Assembly: GCA_038087875.1 (NCBI GenBank)
Contig: JAXLNO010000693.1
Coordinates: forward strand, 1 to 64,000
Direction of reading: 5' to 3'
DNA length: 64,000 bases
Source of the DNA: Malacoraja senta
Taxonomy: Eukaryota
How positions within the stretch are numbered: position 1 is the stretch's first letter; each line of letters starts with the position of its first letter. The translations under genes were made by a program, and so were the position numbers. This document shows positions 53,585 through 64,000 of the stretch, piece after piece. Under the pieces are notes generated by a model, which searched no databases, was not told the DNA's origin, and saw nothing but the letters and a program-made list of their open reading frames with translations.

Positions 53585-56420
53585 AATTTGAGATTTGTAA
53601 TAGAAAAAAGCACATGTGGTTAAAGTGCACATTGTCAGATTTTAATCAAGGCCACTTTTATACATTTTAATTTTACCATGTAGAAATTATAGCTGTGTTT
53701 ATACATAGTCCCCCCATTTCAGGGCAACATAATGTTTGGGACACAGCATTGTCATGTAAATGAAAGTAGTCATGTTTAGTATTCTGTTGCATATCCTTTG
53801 CATGCAATGAGTGCATGAAGTCTGCGACTCATGGACATCACCAATTGCTGGGTGTCTTCTCTGATGATGCTCTGTCAGGCCTGTTTTGCAGCCATCTTTA
53901 GCTTATGCTTGTTTTGAGGGTTAGTCCACTTCAGTTTTCTCTTCAGCATATAAAAGGCATGCTCTACTGGGTTCAGATCAGGTGATTGACTTGGTCACTC
54001 AAGAATTGACCCATTTTTTCAGCTTTGATAAACTCCTTTGTTCTGCTCCTTCTTGACCTCAAGTCTGCTCCTTCTTGACCTCAGCGCAGAATTTGATACT
54101 GTCGACCACACCATCCTAATGACCGTCTCCGGTATGGGGTTGGTATTGATGGCACTGCCCTGAGCTGGTTCATCTCCTACCTCAAAGGTAAGAGTTTCTC
54201 GACTAACATAGGCAACTCTTTCTCCTCCCCAGCTAATCTCTGCTGTGGGGTTCCACAAGGTTCATCCTTGGCCCCATTCTCTTCTCCCTGTATATGCTCC
54301 CCCTTAGGCCAAGTTATTGAAAAGGCACGGCATTTCCTTCCTTTGCTACGCAGACGATACACAACTCTATCTCCCCTGAAGCCCAAAAACCACTCAAATA
54401 TGTTTAACCTTACCCATTGCCTCGAGGATATAAAGTGTTGGATGACCCAGAACTTCCTCAACTAAACGAGAGTAAGTTTTGAGGTCATCCTTCTCGACCC
54501 CTCGGACTCAATCAAAATGATAGCAGGCAGCCTTGGAAGCCTTAACCCACTACTCAAACCTCACGTCAAAAACCTTGGCGTGATATTTGACTCAGCACTG
54601 AAATTTGACAAACAAGTCAATGCCGTGGTAAAAGCTAGCTTCTTTCAGCTTCGGACGATAGCTAAAATAAAACAATTCGTCCAGTTTGATGACCTCGAAA
54701 AGATCATCCACACATTCATCTCCTCCCGCCTAGATTACTGCAACTCCCTTTACACTGGCATCAGCCAATCTTCCCTGTCCCGCCTGCAACTGGTCCAAAA
54801 CGCCGCAGCGAGACTCCTGACGGGCACCCGAAAAAGGGACATCACCCCGATCCTGGCCTCTCTCCACTGGCTCCCTGTACGGTTCCATATAAACTTCAAG
54901 ATGCTCCTCCATATCTACAAAGCCCTCAATGGGCTTGCCCCCACCTACATAAAAAGTCTTCTCACCCACCACTCCACCTCCAGGCCCCTCAGATCAGCCG
55001 ACTTGGGGTTGCTGAATATCCCACGGTCTGGGCATAAGCTCAGGGGCGACCGCGCAGCCCCCTAGACCTGTGGAACAGCATCCCCTTTCCCATCAGAACT
55101 GCCCCCTCCATCGCTCTTTTAAGTCAAGACTAAAGACTTATCTATACTCCTAAGCCTTTCCTGACGTCCTCTGAGTGAGGGCTACATGTATATATGTATG
55201 TAGTTTGTTTTTGTTTTATGCTATTCTTATAACAAATGTAAAGCACTTTGGCCAACGAGAGTTGTTTTTTAATGGCCTATATAAATAAATGTGACTTGAC
55301 TTGACTTTGTTGCTTTAGCAGTATGGTTGGGATCATTGTCTTGCTGTAGAATGAACCGCTGGCCAATGAGTTATGAAGCATTTGTTTATCTTGAGCAGAT
55401 AGGATGTGTCTATACACTTCAGAATTCATTATGCTACTACCATCAGCAGTTGTAACATCAATGAAAATAAGTGAGCCAGTACCTTCAGCAGCCATACATG
55501 CCCAGGCCATAGCACCCCCACCACCGTGTTTCACAGATAAGGTGGTATGCTTTGATTCTTGGGCAGTTCTTTCTCTCCTCTATACTTTGCTCTTGCCATC
55601 ACTCTGATATGTTAATCTTTGTCTCATCTGTCCACAAGACCTTTTTCCAGAACTGTGGTTGCACTTTTAAGTACTTCTTGGCAACTGTAACCCGGCCATC
55701 CTATTTTTGCGGCTAACCAGTGGTTTGCATCTTGCAGTGTAGCCTCTGTATTTCTGTTCATGAAGTCTTCTGCGGACCCATTGACAAAAGAATGTTTCTG
55801 ATCTGTCGGACAGGTGTTTGGGGATTTTTCTTTATTATAGAGAGAATTCTTCTGTCATCAGCTGTGAAAGTCTTCCTTGGCCTGCCAGTCCCTTTGCGAT
55901 TAGTAAGCTCACCAGTGCTTTCTTTCTTCTTAATGATGTTCCAAACAGCTGATTTTGGTAAGCCAAAGGTTTGGCTGATGTCTCTAACAGTTTTATTCGT
56001 GTTTCTCAGTCTCATAATGGCTTCTTTGACTTTCATTGGAACAACTTTGGTCCTCATGTTGATAAACAGCAATAAAAATTTCCAAAGGTGATGGAAAGAC
56101 TAGAGGAAAGACTAGGTGCTGAGAGCTCTCTTATATCTGCATTAAGGAGGCAATTAAACACACCTGAGCAATTACAAACACCTGTGAAGCCATGTGTCCC
56201 AATCATTATGGTGCCCTGAAATGTGGAGGACTATGTATAAACACACCTGTAATTTCTACATGGTGAAACCAAAATGTATAAAAATACCCTTTAATAAAAT
56301 CTGAGAATGTGCACTCTACCCACATGTGATTTTTTTTTATATTGCAAATCTCAAATTGTGGAGTACAGAGGCAAATAAATAAATGACGGGTCTTTGTCCC
56401 AAACATTATGGAGGACACTG
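53585..56420 (-). mobile_element. Second copy of the same Tc1 family, inverted; left TIR tip missing; interrupted by an L2
   Basis: ...gtcccaaacattatggaggacactg|TA at 56420. ORF 55758-56072 (MRTKVVPMKVKEAIMRL...TGRPRKT, a paired-like DNA-binding domain) and KHGGGGAMAWACM. Confidence 0.93.
54043..55304 (+). mobile_element. 5'-truncated L2 LINE nested in the Tc1, with a 7-bp TSD (ctttgtt)
   Basis: LDLSAEFDTVDH, GVPQGSSL, YADD-like, SRLDYCNSL...LQLVQNAAARLL...LHWLPV; (gactt)n tail; TSD at 54036-54042 and 55305-55311. Confidence 0.92.
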
Positions 56421-56879
56421 TATATTAAATTGAGTTCATTAACGTATTTGATAAGGTTTCACTTGGGAGATCAGTTTTCCCCATTCCTCTCCAGTGATGC
56501 TCCAGTTACTCCAGCTTTTTGTGTCTATCTCTGACTATGATAATGGGTGAATCAGTAAGGACTGTTGATGTCACACAACTACAATGCATCATAACTAGAG
56601 TTTGAACAAGATACATATTTCTGGTTTCAATAGCTCCCACCCCACTCATGTATAGAGACATTTTAGTCATATTCTGCTGAGAATCTGCAAATCTAGCGAG
56701 ATTTCTGAACAAACGCTGTCAATGCTTGAAATGTGCTTGAATTGGCAGTGCAGTCGAAAGGTATCTCAACGAACTGATTGATGTATTCAGACTTGTAAAA
56801 CCATGCTTTTCAAGCAATGTACCCGAAATATCTCCCTTGATCACTGACAACATCCCTTCCCACCAGCAGGCAGAAGCAT

Positions 56880-58155
56880 TGAAGATAGCAGGGAACAGAA
56901 TATAGTCAGGAAGGGATGGACCTAGGAATCATCTGGATTCTGACTCCTTTAAATATTGCGGCATTGGATTAAACATAGGAAATAACCTATAGTGCTGATT
57001 CAGCAATGGATCATTACTCCTCAAATTTGAACAACACTTAGGGGAAAGCACAAAATGTACGATTTTAATGCCAGACTTAACAACACCAGCACTGACCAAC
57101 CTGGCTGAATCCTGAAGGACCTAGATGTCAGAATGGGTCTCTGGCAGGCAGTGAATAAAAAGAGGAATACATTTATTTAACCTATCCTCACAAATCTACA
57201 CCAAGCAGATGCATCTGCCGACATCAGCTTCACGTAGCTCCTGTGGAGTTAAAGTTTCACTTTCACTGAGGACACAACCAAGTTGTTTGGTGCTACCATG
57301 ATGTCAAATAGGATAGATTTAGAACAGATCCAGAGAGAATTACATTCCACCAAATTAAATATCCTTAGTACTGCCCTTCTCCTACACTTATGCTGGGGAC
57401 CAACTCTGATTTAATGAGTGTAGGAGGGCAAGGCAGAAGCAATGAGTAATTGAAAGAATAACATGCCAGTCTCCAAGGCTACAACACTGAACTAAATGCT
57501 AAACAATGAAACTAACTTGAAAAGACAGTGCTAAGTAATCTTAAAGCAAACAGATCAAAGCAAAATTCTGTAGCCATCACACTGCTAAAAATTCACAGCT
57601 GGTTATGAATAAGCAGCCAACAAGAGGAGGCTGCTTCAAGGAAGCTTTTCCATTCTTAACAATGCCAGATCTAGAATTGATCTGCTAGAAGCAGATAAAT
57701 TGCTCGCGACCATCTTCAATTAAAAATATCCAGTACTTATTTATTTATCCTCTCAGGAGGCAGCCATCACAAAAGCTAGCTTTCAGTAAATATGATTCAT
57801 CCCAAAAGATAAATTAATCCCCAAAGCAAGGGCTATGAATCTGACAACACCCTTGCTGCAACACCCACAAGGAAAGCTTGGATGGAATTTCCTAAACTTG
57901 GGTCTCTACAGCCTAGAGTAACAAGGACATCCATGCCTCAAACTCACACTATCTTGACTTTGAGAAACAGCACCTTCAACTTCCGTTTGAAGTTATATAA
58001 CATCCTGAAAAATCTAAGCAGGAGCTTTGCAAGAGCACCTTCAACATGCAAGAATGCAGAGGTTCAATAATGTGGCTCACCATCTTCTCAGAGACAATTA
58101 CTGATGGTAAATAAATGCTGGCATGGCCAGCAATGCTCACATTCCATAAATGAAC
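56880..58155 (+). mobile_element. Ancient, heavily decayed CR1/L2-group LINE remnant
   Basis: Degenerate endonuclease/RT-like stretches and the tail aataaatgctggcatggccagcaatgctcacattcc (similar tail at ~17750-17800). Confidence 0.5.
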
Positions 58156-58731
58156 AAATCAAAACCCTGAAATAAAAGGAAAACGGATAAAAGGATAAAA
58201 GTTATCCACAATAATTTCCATCATTTGACCAGAACCAATTTTCATGTTGACCAATATTATTTATTTTAATGAAACATCAATCTAAAATGTCAACATTACT
58301 TCTTTCGAGGGAGATGCTGTCTGACCTGATAATGGTAACTTTTGTTTTATTGATCTGGAAGAGGTTTAAAAGGTTAGCTGAGTAACTATTGAAGTTAGCC
58401 AAATTGAAATGGCGTGACAGTGCATTGGCTCAGCAGCTACCTGCTGTCTCTTTCTCTGGGCCTTAATCTGGATCTCAGCCACAGTTTGGATTAATTATCC
58501 CACCAGATCCCAAGAACTTTCCTTTCTCAAGATAACGGCTTTGGTGCAAGTCAATTAGAAACAGGCTTTCTTTCTCATCTGAAGAAAGCTCTCCCTCAGC
58601 TAGATTTTTCTGGGCTTAACTTTAAGGACAGTTATAACCATCTTGCATTGAAGCAAGCAGCAAATCATAGATATAGAAAATATTACCAGGGAAACTAATG
58701 GCATTACATAAAAGTAAATAAACCTAAATAC

Positions 58732-58765
58732 CTGTACGTTACAAGACCCCAATTTTCCATGGCAC
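58732..58765 (-). CDS. NPEPPS: NPEPPS micro-exon (~8), 34 bp: (G)AMENWGLVTY(R), the GAMEN exopeptidase motif
   Basis: ttttttcacag|GTGCCATGGAAAATTGGGGTCTTGTAACGTACAG|gtattt. Phase 1-2, consistent with both neighbouring exons. Confidence 0.97.
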
Positions 58766-59530
58766 CTGTGAAAAAAATATTCACACGATAATTTTTAGTA
58801 TATTTATACATGTGAAGGTTCAAGCATCAGGTAGATCACAGTCTTACTGAATTTTAAAGTTGTTTCTAAAGTCCTACCCTGCTTCCGTTTCTTGTAAACT
58901 GACATGAAATTTCTGGCATCAGACTGAGTGCAAATGGACCTCCCAAACTAAACAAGCTATCAAAAACGGAGTGAAGAGGACACAATATTTTCACTTTTAC
59001 AAATTTGTGTGCATTGTTTCAGGGAGGGAGTAGACAGACATTACAAATTAAAAATGGTCAACCTATGGTTTTGACAATCATAGTATCATAGAGTCACATG
59101 TTGTACAACTTGCCCACACCGACCAACATGTCCCATCTGCACTAGTCCCACTTGCCTGCATTTGGCCCATATTTCTTTAAATCTGTCTTATTCATGTAAA
59201 TCATCGATCAATTATCAGTAACCAACAGTAGCACTAGCATAGTTGAAAGTTACCAAGCTGAGTGATGCTGAGGGAGGGAAAAAGGATAACAAGCAGAGGA
59301 AATTGTCACAGCGTTGGGATTATAAAAATAAGCAACATTTAAAAAATATACTGGATTATTGGAACTTTGCAGTTAAAATCACTTGGCAGTTATACAATTA
59401 GAATGATGAGGTGACTGTCAGCTTGGTATAAAAATGCGGTATTATAAGTCTAGTAACATTACAAACACTTCTTCAAAATATTGATCCAGATTGCAGCAAC
59501 TGATGTATACAAATAATTCAAGATACCAAC

Positions 59531-59627
59531 CTGCTGCAAAGTCTGCAATGGCTATTAAATCGATTTTTGGTAGAGGATACGGAACATTGAAGTATTCTCC
59601 ATAAAAAGGTAGTGTCTTGGCAGCAAC
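59531..59627 (-). CDS. NPEPPS: NPEPPS exon (~7), 97 bp: [32 protein letters not shown](G)
   Basis: Acceptor cctgctag|GTT, donor CAG|gttggt. Contains the M1 motif [14 protein letters not shown]. Phase 0-1. Confidence 0.97.
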
Positions 59628-59784
59628 CTAGCAGGAGAGAAAGAAAATCAAAACTTTTATCACCATTGCACATGAAGTGGAATAACATCAGCTAGTATAT
59701 TTCCACAAAGAGAAAGCAAGGCCATAACTCTAAGGTTTCAATACAGCAACAAAAAAATTGGGAATGCTACCTACAAGGAGGGAA

Positions 59785-59882
59785 TCACAGAGACTGAAGA
59801 AGGGTTTCGGCCCGAAACGTTGCCCATCTCCTTCGCTCCATAGATGCTGCTGCACCCGCTGAGTTTCTCCCGCATTTTTGTG
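59785..59882 (+). mobile_element. 98-bp hammerhead-bearing PLE-derived insertion with a 17-bp TSD
   Basis: tacctacaaggagggaa at 59768-59784 and 59883-59899. Core ctgaagaagggtttcggcccgaaacgtt at 59794-59821. Confidence 0.88.
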
Positions 59883-61210
59883 TACCTACAAGGAGGGAAG
59901 CTATCCTCCTTTGAAATAAATACAATAACTTATACGTGATCAGTGATATTCCTTCTTCCTGATGAGTCTGCCGGGAAATAATGTCTTCATGTCCATATTT
60001 ATAAAGTTATTACAAAAAAAACCTACATTTAAACCTAACGTGATGGTTGAATATATCCCACAATCTAAGTCATAAGGTTATTTTGAGTAGAACTCGAGAT
60101 ATAGTTTTTCTCAGACAACCTTTATCTTTTACCTGGAAACCTAGCTCCTATGAATCAGCAGTTACAGGAGGATGAATAATGTCACTGCTAATATGGGAAA
60201 GAGTACGGTTACAAATTGGATTATGCACAGCAGAGTAGCACACGATTCAAAATACAGCAGTGTGGTAAGCAAGTGTTATAATGTGTGTCATTTGGATAAT
60301 AATCTGATATTCAATCTCTTTCCCCCCCCCCCCCCCACAACTTGATTCTGTCACACCATTCCCTTCCTTTTCTTCCTGAACGGCTCACTATTTGTTAGAA
60401 TATTAACACATGAAGACCAGAAACCCATCCTTCAATATTGAATCCACATAACAAACAAGTTTTTGAAAGGTTGAACAGCGAGTACAAGCGGGGACTATAG
60501 CAAACCTGTCTAATCAGGTTCTTGCTTGATGCTGGTGCATAGATGCACATTCAGAAAGGTTTAATGGATACACCAAAATGAGGGCCAAGATAGTGAAGAT
60601 AGTTCACCTTACACATTAATTTTACAATATCCTGTTGAATTTCAAGTGCTATTGCATTTCCTTTAAAATTATTATATTTTAAATCATGCAATTACAGGTT
60701 ATTAGCAATCTCTCGCCATTCTTCCAATTTACTATTATTTTGTCTTTTCCCAACTCCACCTCTGGCACTTCCAAACTAACTACCAAGTAAAAAGCAACTG
60801 ACCACCGATTCCCAATCCTCTGTCCTAGTCATTACAATGGTGACCGTAAGTTAAGACGCGTTGTGCTTCCGCTTTGCTGCTCTGCATGAGGCGTTTGCGA
60901 CATTTGGTCTGTACCTCATGCCGCTGGGAATTCATAATCTGTAATTAAAGCCAGATATTGAGTTGGATATAGATCAAGGTGTTGAAATGGAGAATCCAAA
61001 TGATATTAGAGCGGTAAAATAATTGAAAGGCAGAAGCACACCGCCTCCACCTATTTATTCTAAGCTACCTTCCTTAGCCATAAAACATTTTTTGAGCTGG
61101 ATTTAGGGAACTGGGGTGTATTTATGACAACTTGAATTCAAGAAATGACAATTGCTCCTGCCTCCCCATTTAAGGGCTGGCATACAGGAGTACACAAAAA
61201 CAAAAACAAC

Positions 61211-61411
61211 CTCAAGCGCAAATTTTCCTTGTTCCGCTTTTCCAATGGGTGTGTAGACACGAACGAGAATACCATCTGATGACTTGGCTTCCACAAAATC
61301 GTATTCACCAACCACAAATGCCACTAAATATGTGGACATTATGGGTGATTTGGCAAACTTGACTTCCACTAGGTCGTCATCGTCAGGATACGGGTTACGT
61401 TCAGTCACATT
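61211..61411 (-). CDS. NPEPPS: NPEPPS internal exon (~exon 6), 201 bp: NVTERNPYPDDDDLVEVKFAKSPIMSTYLVAFVVGEYDFVEAKSSDGILVRVYTPIGKAEQGKFALE
   Basis: Acceptor ccttcacag|AAT, donor GAG|gttgtt. The translation closely matches human NPEPPS NVIDRKPYPDDENLVEVKFARTPVMSTYLVAFVVGEYDF...GKAEQGKFALE. Phase 0-0. Confidence 0.97.
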
Positions 61412-63139
61412 CTGTGAAGGTTAAAAAAAGTTACAAGATGAAGAATGGAGACACAATGCAACAAAATGCTCCACCTGGAAGTGTTCACAATTCAAGAGCA
61501 TTGTGAAAAATAATTCTTTACCAAATCACTGATAATGTTTAAATTAAATTAGCAAAATCCCTGGTGGTGGTTGAAAAATATAAACCTTTCACTCAGCATA
61601 TCCCACTAGAAACTAAATTAGGAATATTTGAATATAGCATCAGCATTTAAATTACTTACATTTCACATGAATACATTTTGACATATTTGACATGGTACAG
61701 ACTTTAGAATTGCATTTCCTTCAATCATGCTTTGATCAGTGTTAGCCACCTTGCTTACATCAGAAATCCATGGATTTGGAGTGAATATTGGACATGACGG
61801 ACGTTAGTTTAGATACGCAACCAAAGCTTCAACACCTACATCATGATAGGACAAAGACCCCATTGCGCCATTGAAATATGGTATCCTGGGGATGATGGTA
61901 TTCTTAGTATTGTGGCATATTCCTATCCTGCAAGCTTCATTACAACAAATGAAGGTTGTTCATCTCATGCTGATAATGAGATAATCAATCTACAAGCATC
62001 AGGCACTTGGGGTCAATCCTGATCTTTGACATTAATGACAGAGTTTTAACACTCTCCTCAACTGCACGGTGTCTAAAGAACACTGATATTGATGCAGTTA
62101 GGATGCAATGAGCATGCTTTTCAGGCCGACACGAGTGTCTTGGTTACTGACAGAAACATATTCTTGATTTATAACAAATATTTGCACAGTATCACTGCAG
62201 TAACAGACTTAATGGGAAAATTGCAGGATTTCTTAGATGATTTTACAGTTCCAGTTTTGATTAAAGCTAGTTAACAAAGTCTACCAGGTAAAGTAATATT
62301 TTTGTGGTGTTTGCGACAGAGTGTGGCGATTCTTTCCATGCCAGTCCCATTGGAGGATTTATTAAAAAGTGCCCTACTGTTAGATCTATTTTTACCTGTA
62401 AATCTAGCATCATTTATAGTTGTTCTAAGAACTATATTCTGAACTGTACCTTTCCCCTTGCTACATTCATTGGTCTTGAGTTTGGCTTGATTGTATTTAT
62501 GTGTAGTATTAACTGATTTGACTGGAATCATGCAAAACAAAACTTTTCATTGTCCCTCGGTACACATGATAATAATAAACCTAAATCTACTTGCTGATAG
62601 GTATGCACTTTTTGGGTTAACCATCAACAGTCAACAATATAATGGTAGAGGCAAAGATCCAATTCAGAATGCAAATTCTATCATCCAAACTGTTTTCACA
62701 AAAGTAACATTCTCAACTTAGCATAACACTTTCAACTTTTCTACATAACTATTTTCATTGACCATTCCATCCAAGTTCACAAGGAATTCCATCCCTTGCA
62801 AGTATTTAGCAACACATTAGGCACTGTGAATGATGAACAAAAGTGAACTGCACTGGGAGGCGAGTGGTTCATATTTCAGAAATACAATTTAAATTTGCAA
62901 GAGCGATTATTAACCGAAAAAGGAAAGATATCCAAGATTGCCAATTTTAGACAACTGATATTATGCTTTCTAGCATGAAAAGCCTTTTCTGAAGATCTCA
63001 GATTATTTTGAATAAGAGTTGAAATCTTATCAAGTAGATAATTTGGCCACTTAGGTATATTTTAAGTTGCACAAGCTATTTGACTGGAGCAAATCATAGA
63101 CTTTACCTCTCAGGCATTGATTACATAAAATATTCAGAG

Positions 63140-64000
63140 ACACAGGAACATACAGCACAGGAATAGGCATTCTGCTAAACTTCTCTATGCCCACCAAGAT
63201 GGCCATCTACACCAGTCCTATATGCCCATGTTTGATCCATATCCTTCCAAACCTGTACAAATGTTCTTTAAATGTTATTATACCTGCCTCAAACAGTTCT
63301 TCTGGTAGCTCATTCAATTTTCCCAGTACTCTGTGTGAAATATTTGCCCCTCAGGTTCTCACCTTAAACTTATGCCAACTTGTTCTTGATTCCCCTCCTC
63401 TGGGAAAAAGACTGCATTCACTCTAAGCTCCTGTGATTTTATACATCTTTAAGCCTTCATGTTCACCCTGCAGTTTGCCACGCTGCAGGGAATAAAGTCC
63501 TAGTCTATCCAACTTCTCCCTGTAGCTTGGTCCCTCAAATCAAATCTTTTCTGCACTTTTTCCAGTTTAATGGCATCTTTCCTATACATGGGTGACCCCA
63601 AAACTGAATCTTCCAAGCGCTGCATCACCAATAGCTTGTACAACTGCAACATAAACGTCCCAACTTCTTTATGCAATACCTTGGAAGACCAGAATGCCAA
63701 AATACTTTTTCACCATTCTGTTTTCTGTGATAGCACTTTCAAGGAAATATATACTTGTTCTAGGTCCCCATACTCCACAACACCCACCAGGACTTTACCA
63801 TTCACTGTGGAAGTCCTACTTCGGTTACACCTCACAACACCTGCAAAATGCAACACCTCACAACACCTGCAAAATGCAACACCTCACACTTATCGGAATT
63901 AAACTCCATTTGCCATTCCTCAGCCCACTTGCTCAATTGATCAAGATCCTGTTGTAATGCTGGATAATCTTCTTCACTGTTTACAGTACTACCTATTTTA
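63140..64000 (-). mobile_element. Degenerate CR1 3' fragment running out of the window
   Basis: MLQLYKLLV...YRKDAIKLEKVQKRF remnants; 26-bp internal tandem duplication at ~63826-63890. Confidence 0.8.

Noticed and set aside
4284..59821. Recurring 28-bp hairpin motif as a CRISPR-like repeat
   Set aside because: Copies are dispersed in both orientations, with no spacers and no cas genes; explained by PLE termini.
60820..60960. CpG-containing patch with a gcatgagg/cctcatgc stem as an intronic H/ACA snoRNA
   Set aside because: An H-box-like AGAGCA is present on the minus strand, but there is no credible second hairpin before an ACA; insufficient support.
14839..61411. U12-type or non-canonical introns in NPEPPS
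   Set aside because: All boundaries are GT-AG and none has the GTATCCTT signature.

Overview
Vertebrate nuclear DNA, most likely from a cartilaginous fish (skate or ray); this is inferred from the repeat content (HE1-like V-SINEs, CR1, Penelope, DeuSINE remnants). The whole window lies inside one minus-strand gene, NPEPPS (puromycin-sensitive aminopeptidase, M1 family). I found 11 consecutive internal GT-AG exons (201, 97, 34, 115, 165, 105, 61, 110, 64, 140 and 135 bp; 1227 nt, 409 aa, in frame). They carry the GAMEN and HEXXH(X18)E motifs and match human exons ~6-16 (numbering from recall). Both ends of the gene lie outside the window. The introns are dense with nested mobile DNA: CR1, L2 and Rex1-type LINEs, Penelope-like elements (PLEs), two inverted Tc1 copies, hAT-like elements and a palindromic MITE. 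Most notable: (i) repeated minimal hammerhead-ribozyme motifs, including ~95-bp TSD-flanked elements that start at the ribozyme; (ii) a degenerate copy of the exon-10 acceptor and start, with an in-frame stop, ~700 nt upstream of the real exon; (iii) a 3.4-kb TIR element with a 5-bp TSD and mosaic cargo; (iv) inverted Tc1 copies bracketing the zinc-site exons; (v) a ~400-bp structured element with an H-type pseudoknot. No prokaryotic systems or CRISPR arrays. No searches were run; TE family names rest on recognised motifs.
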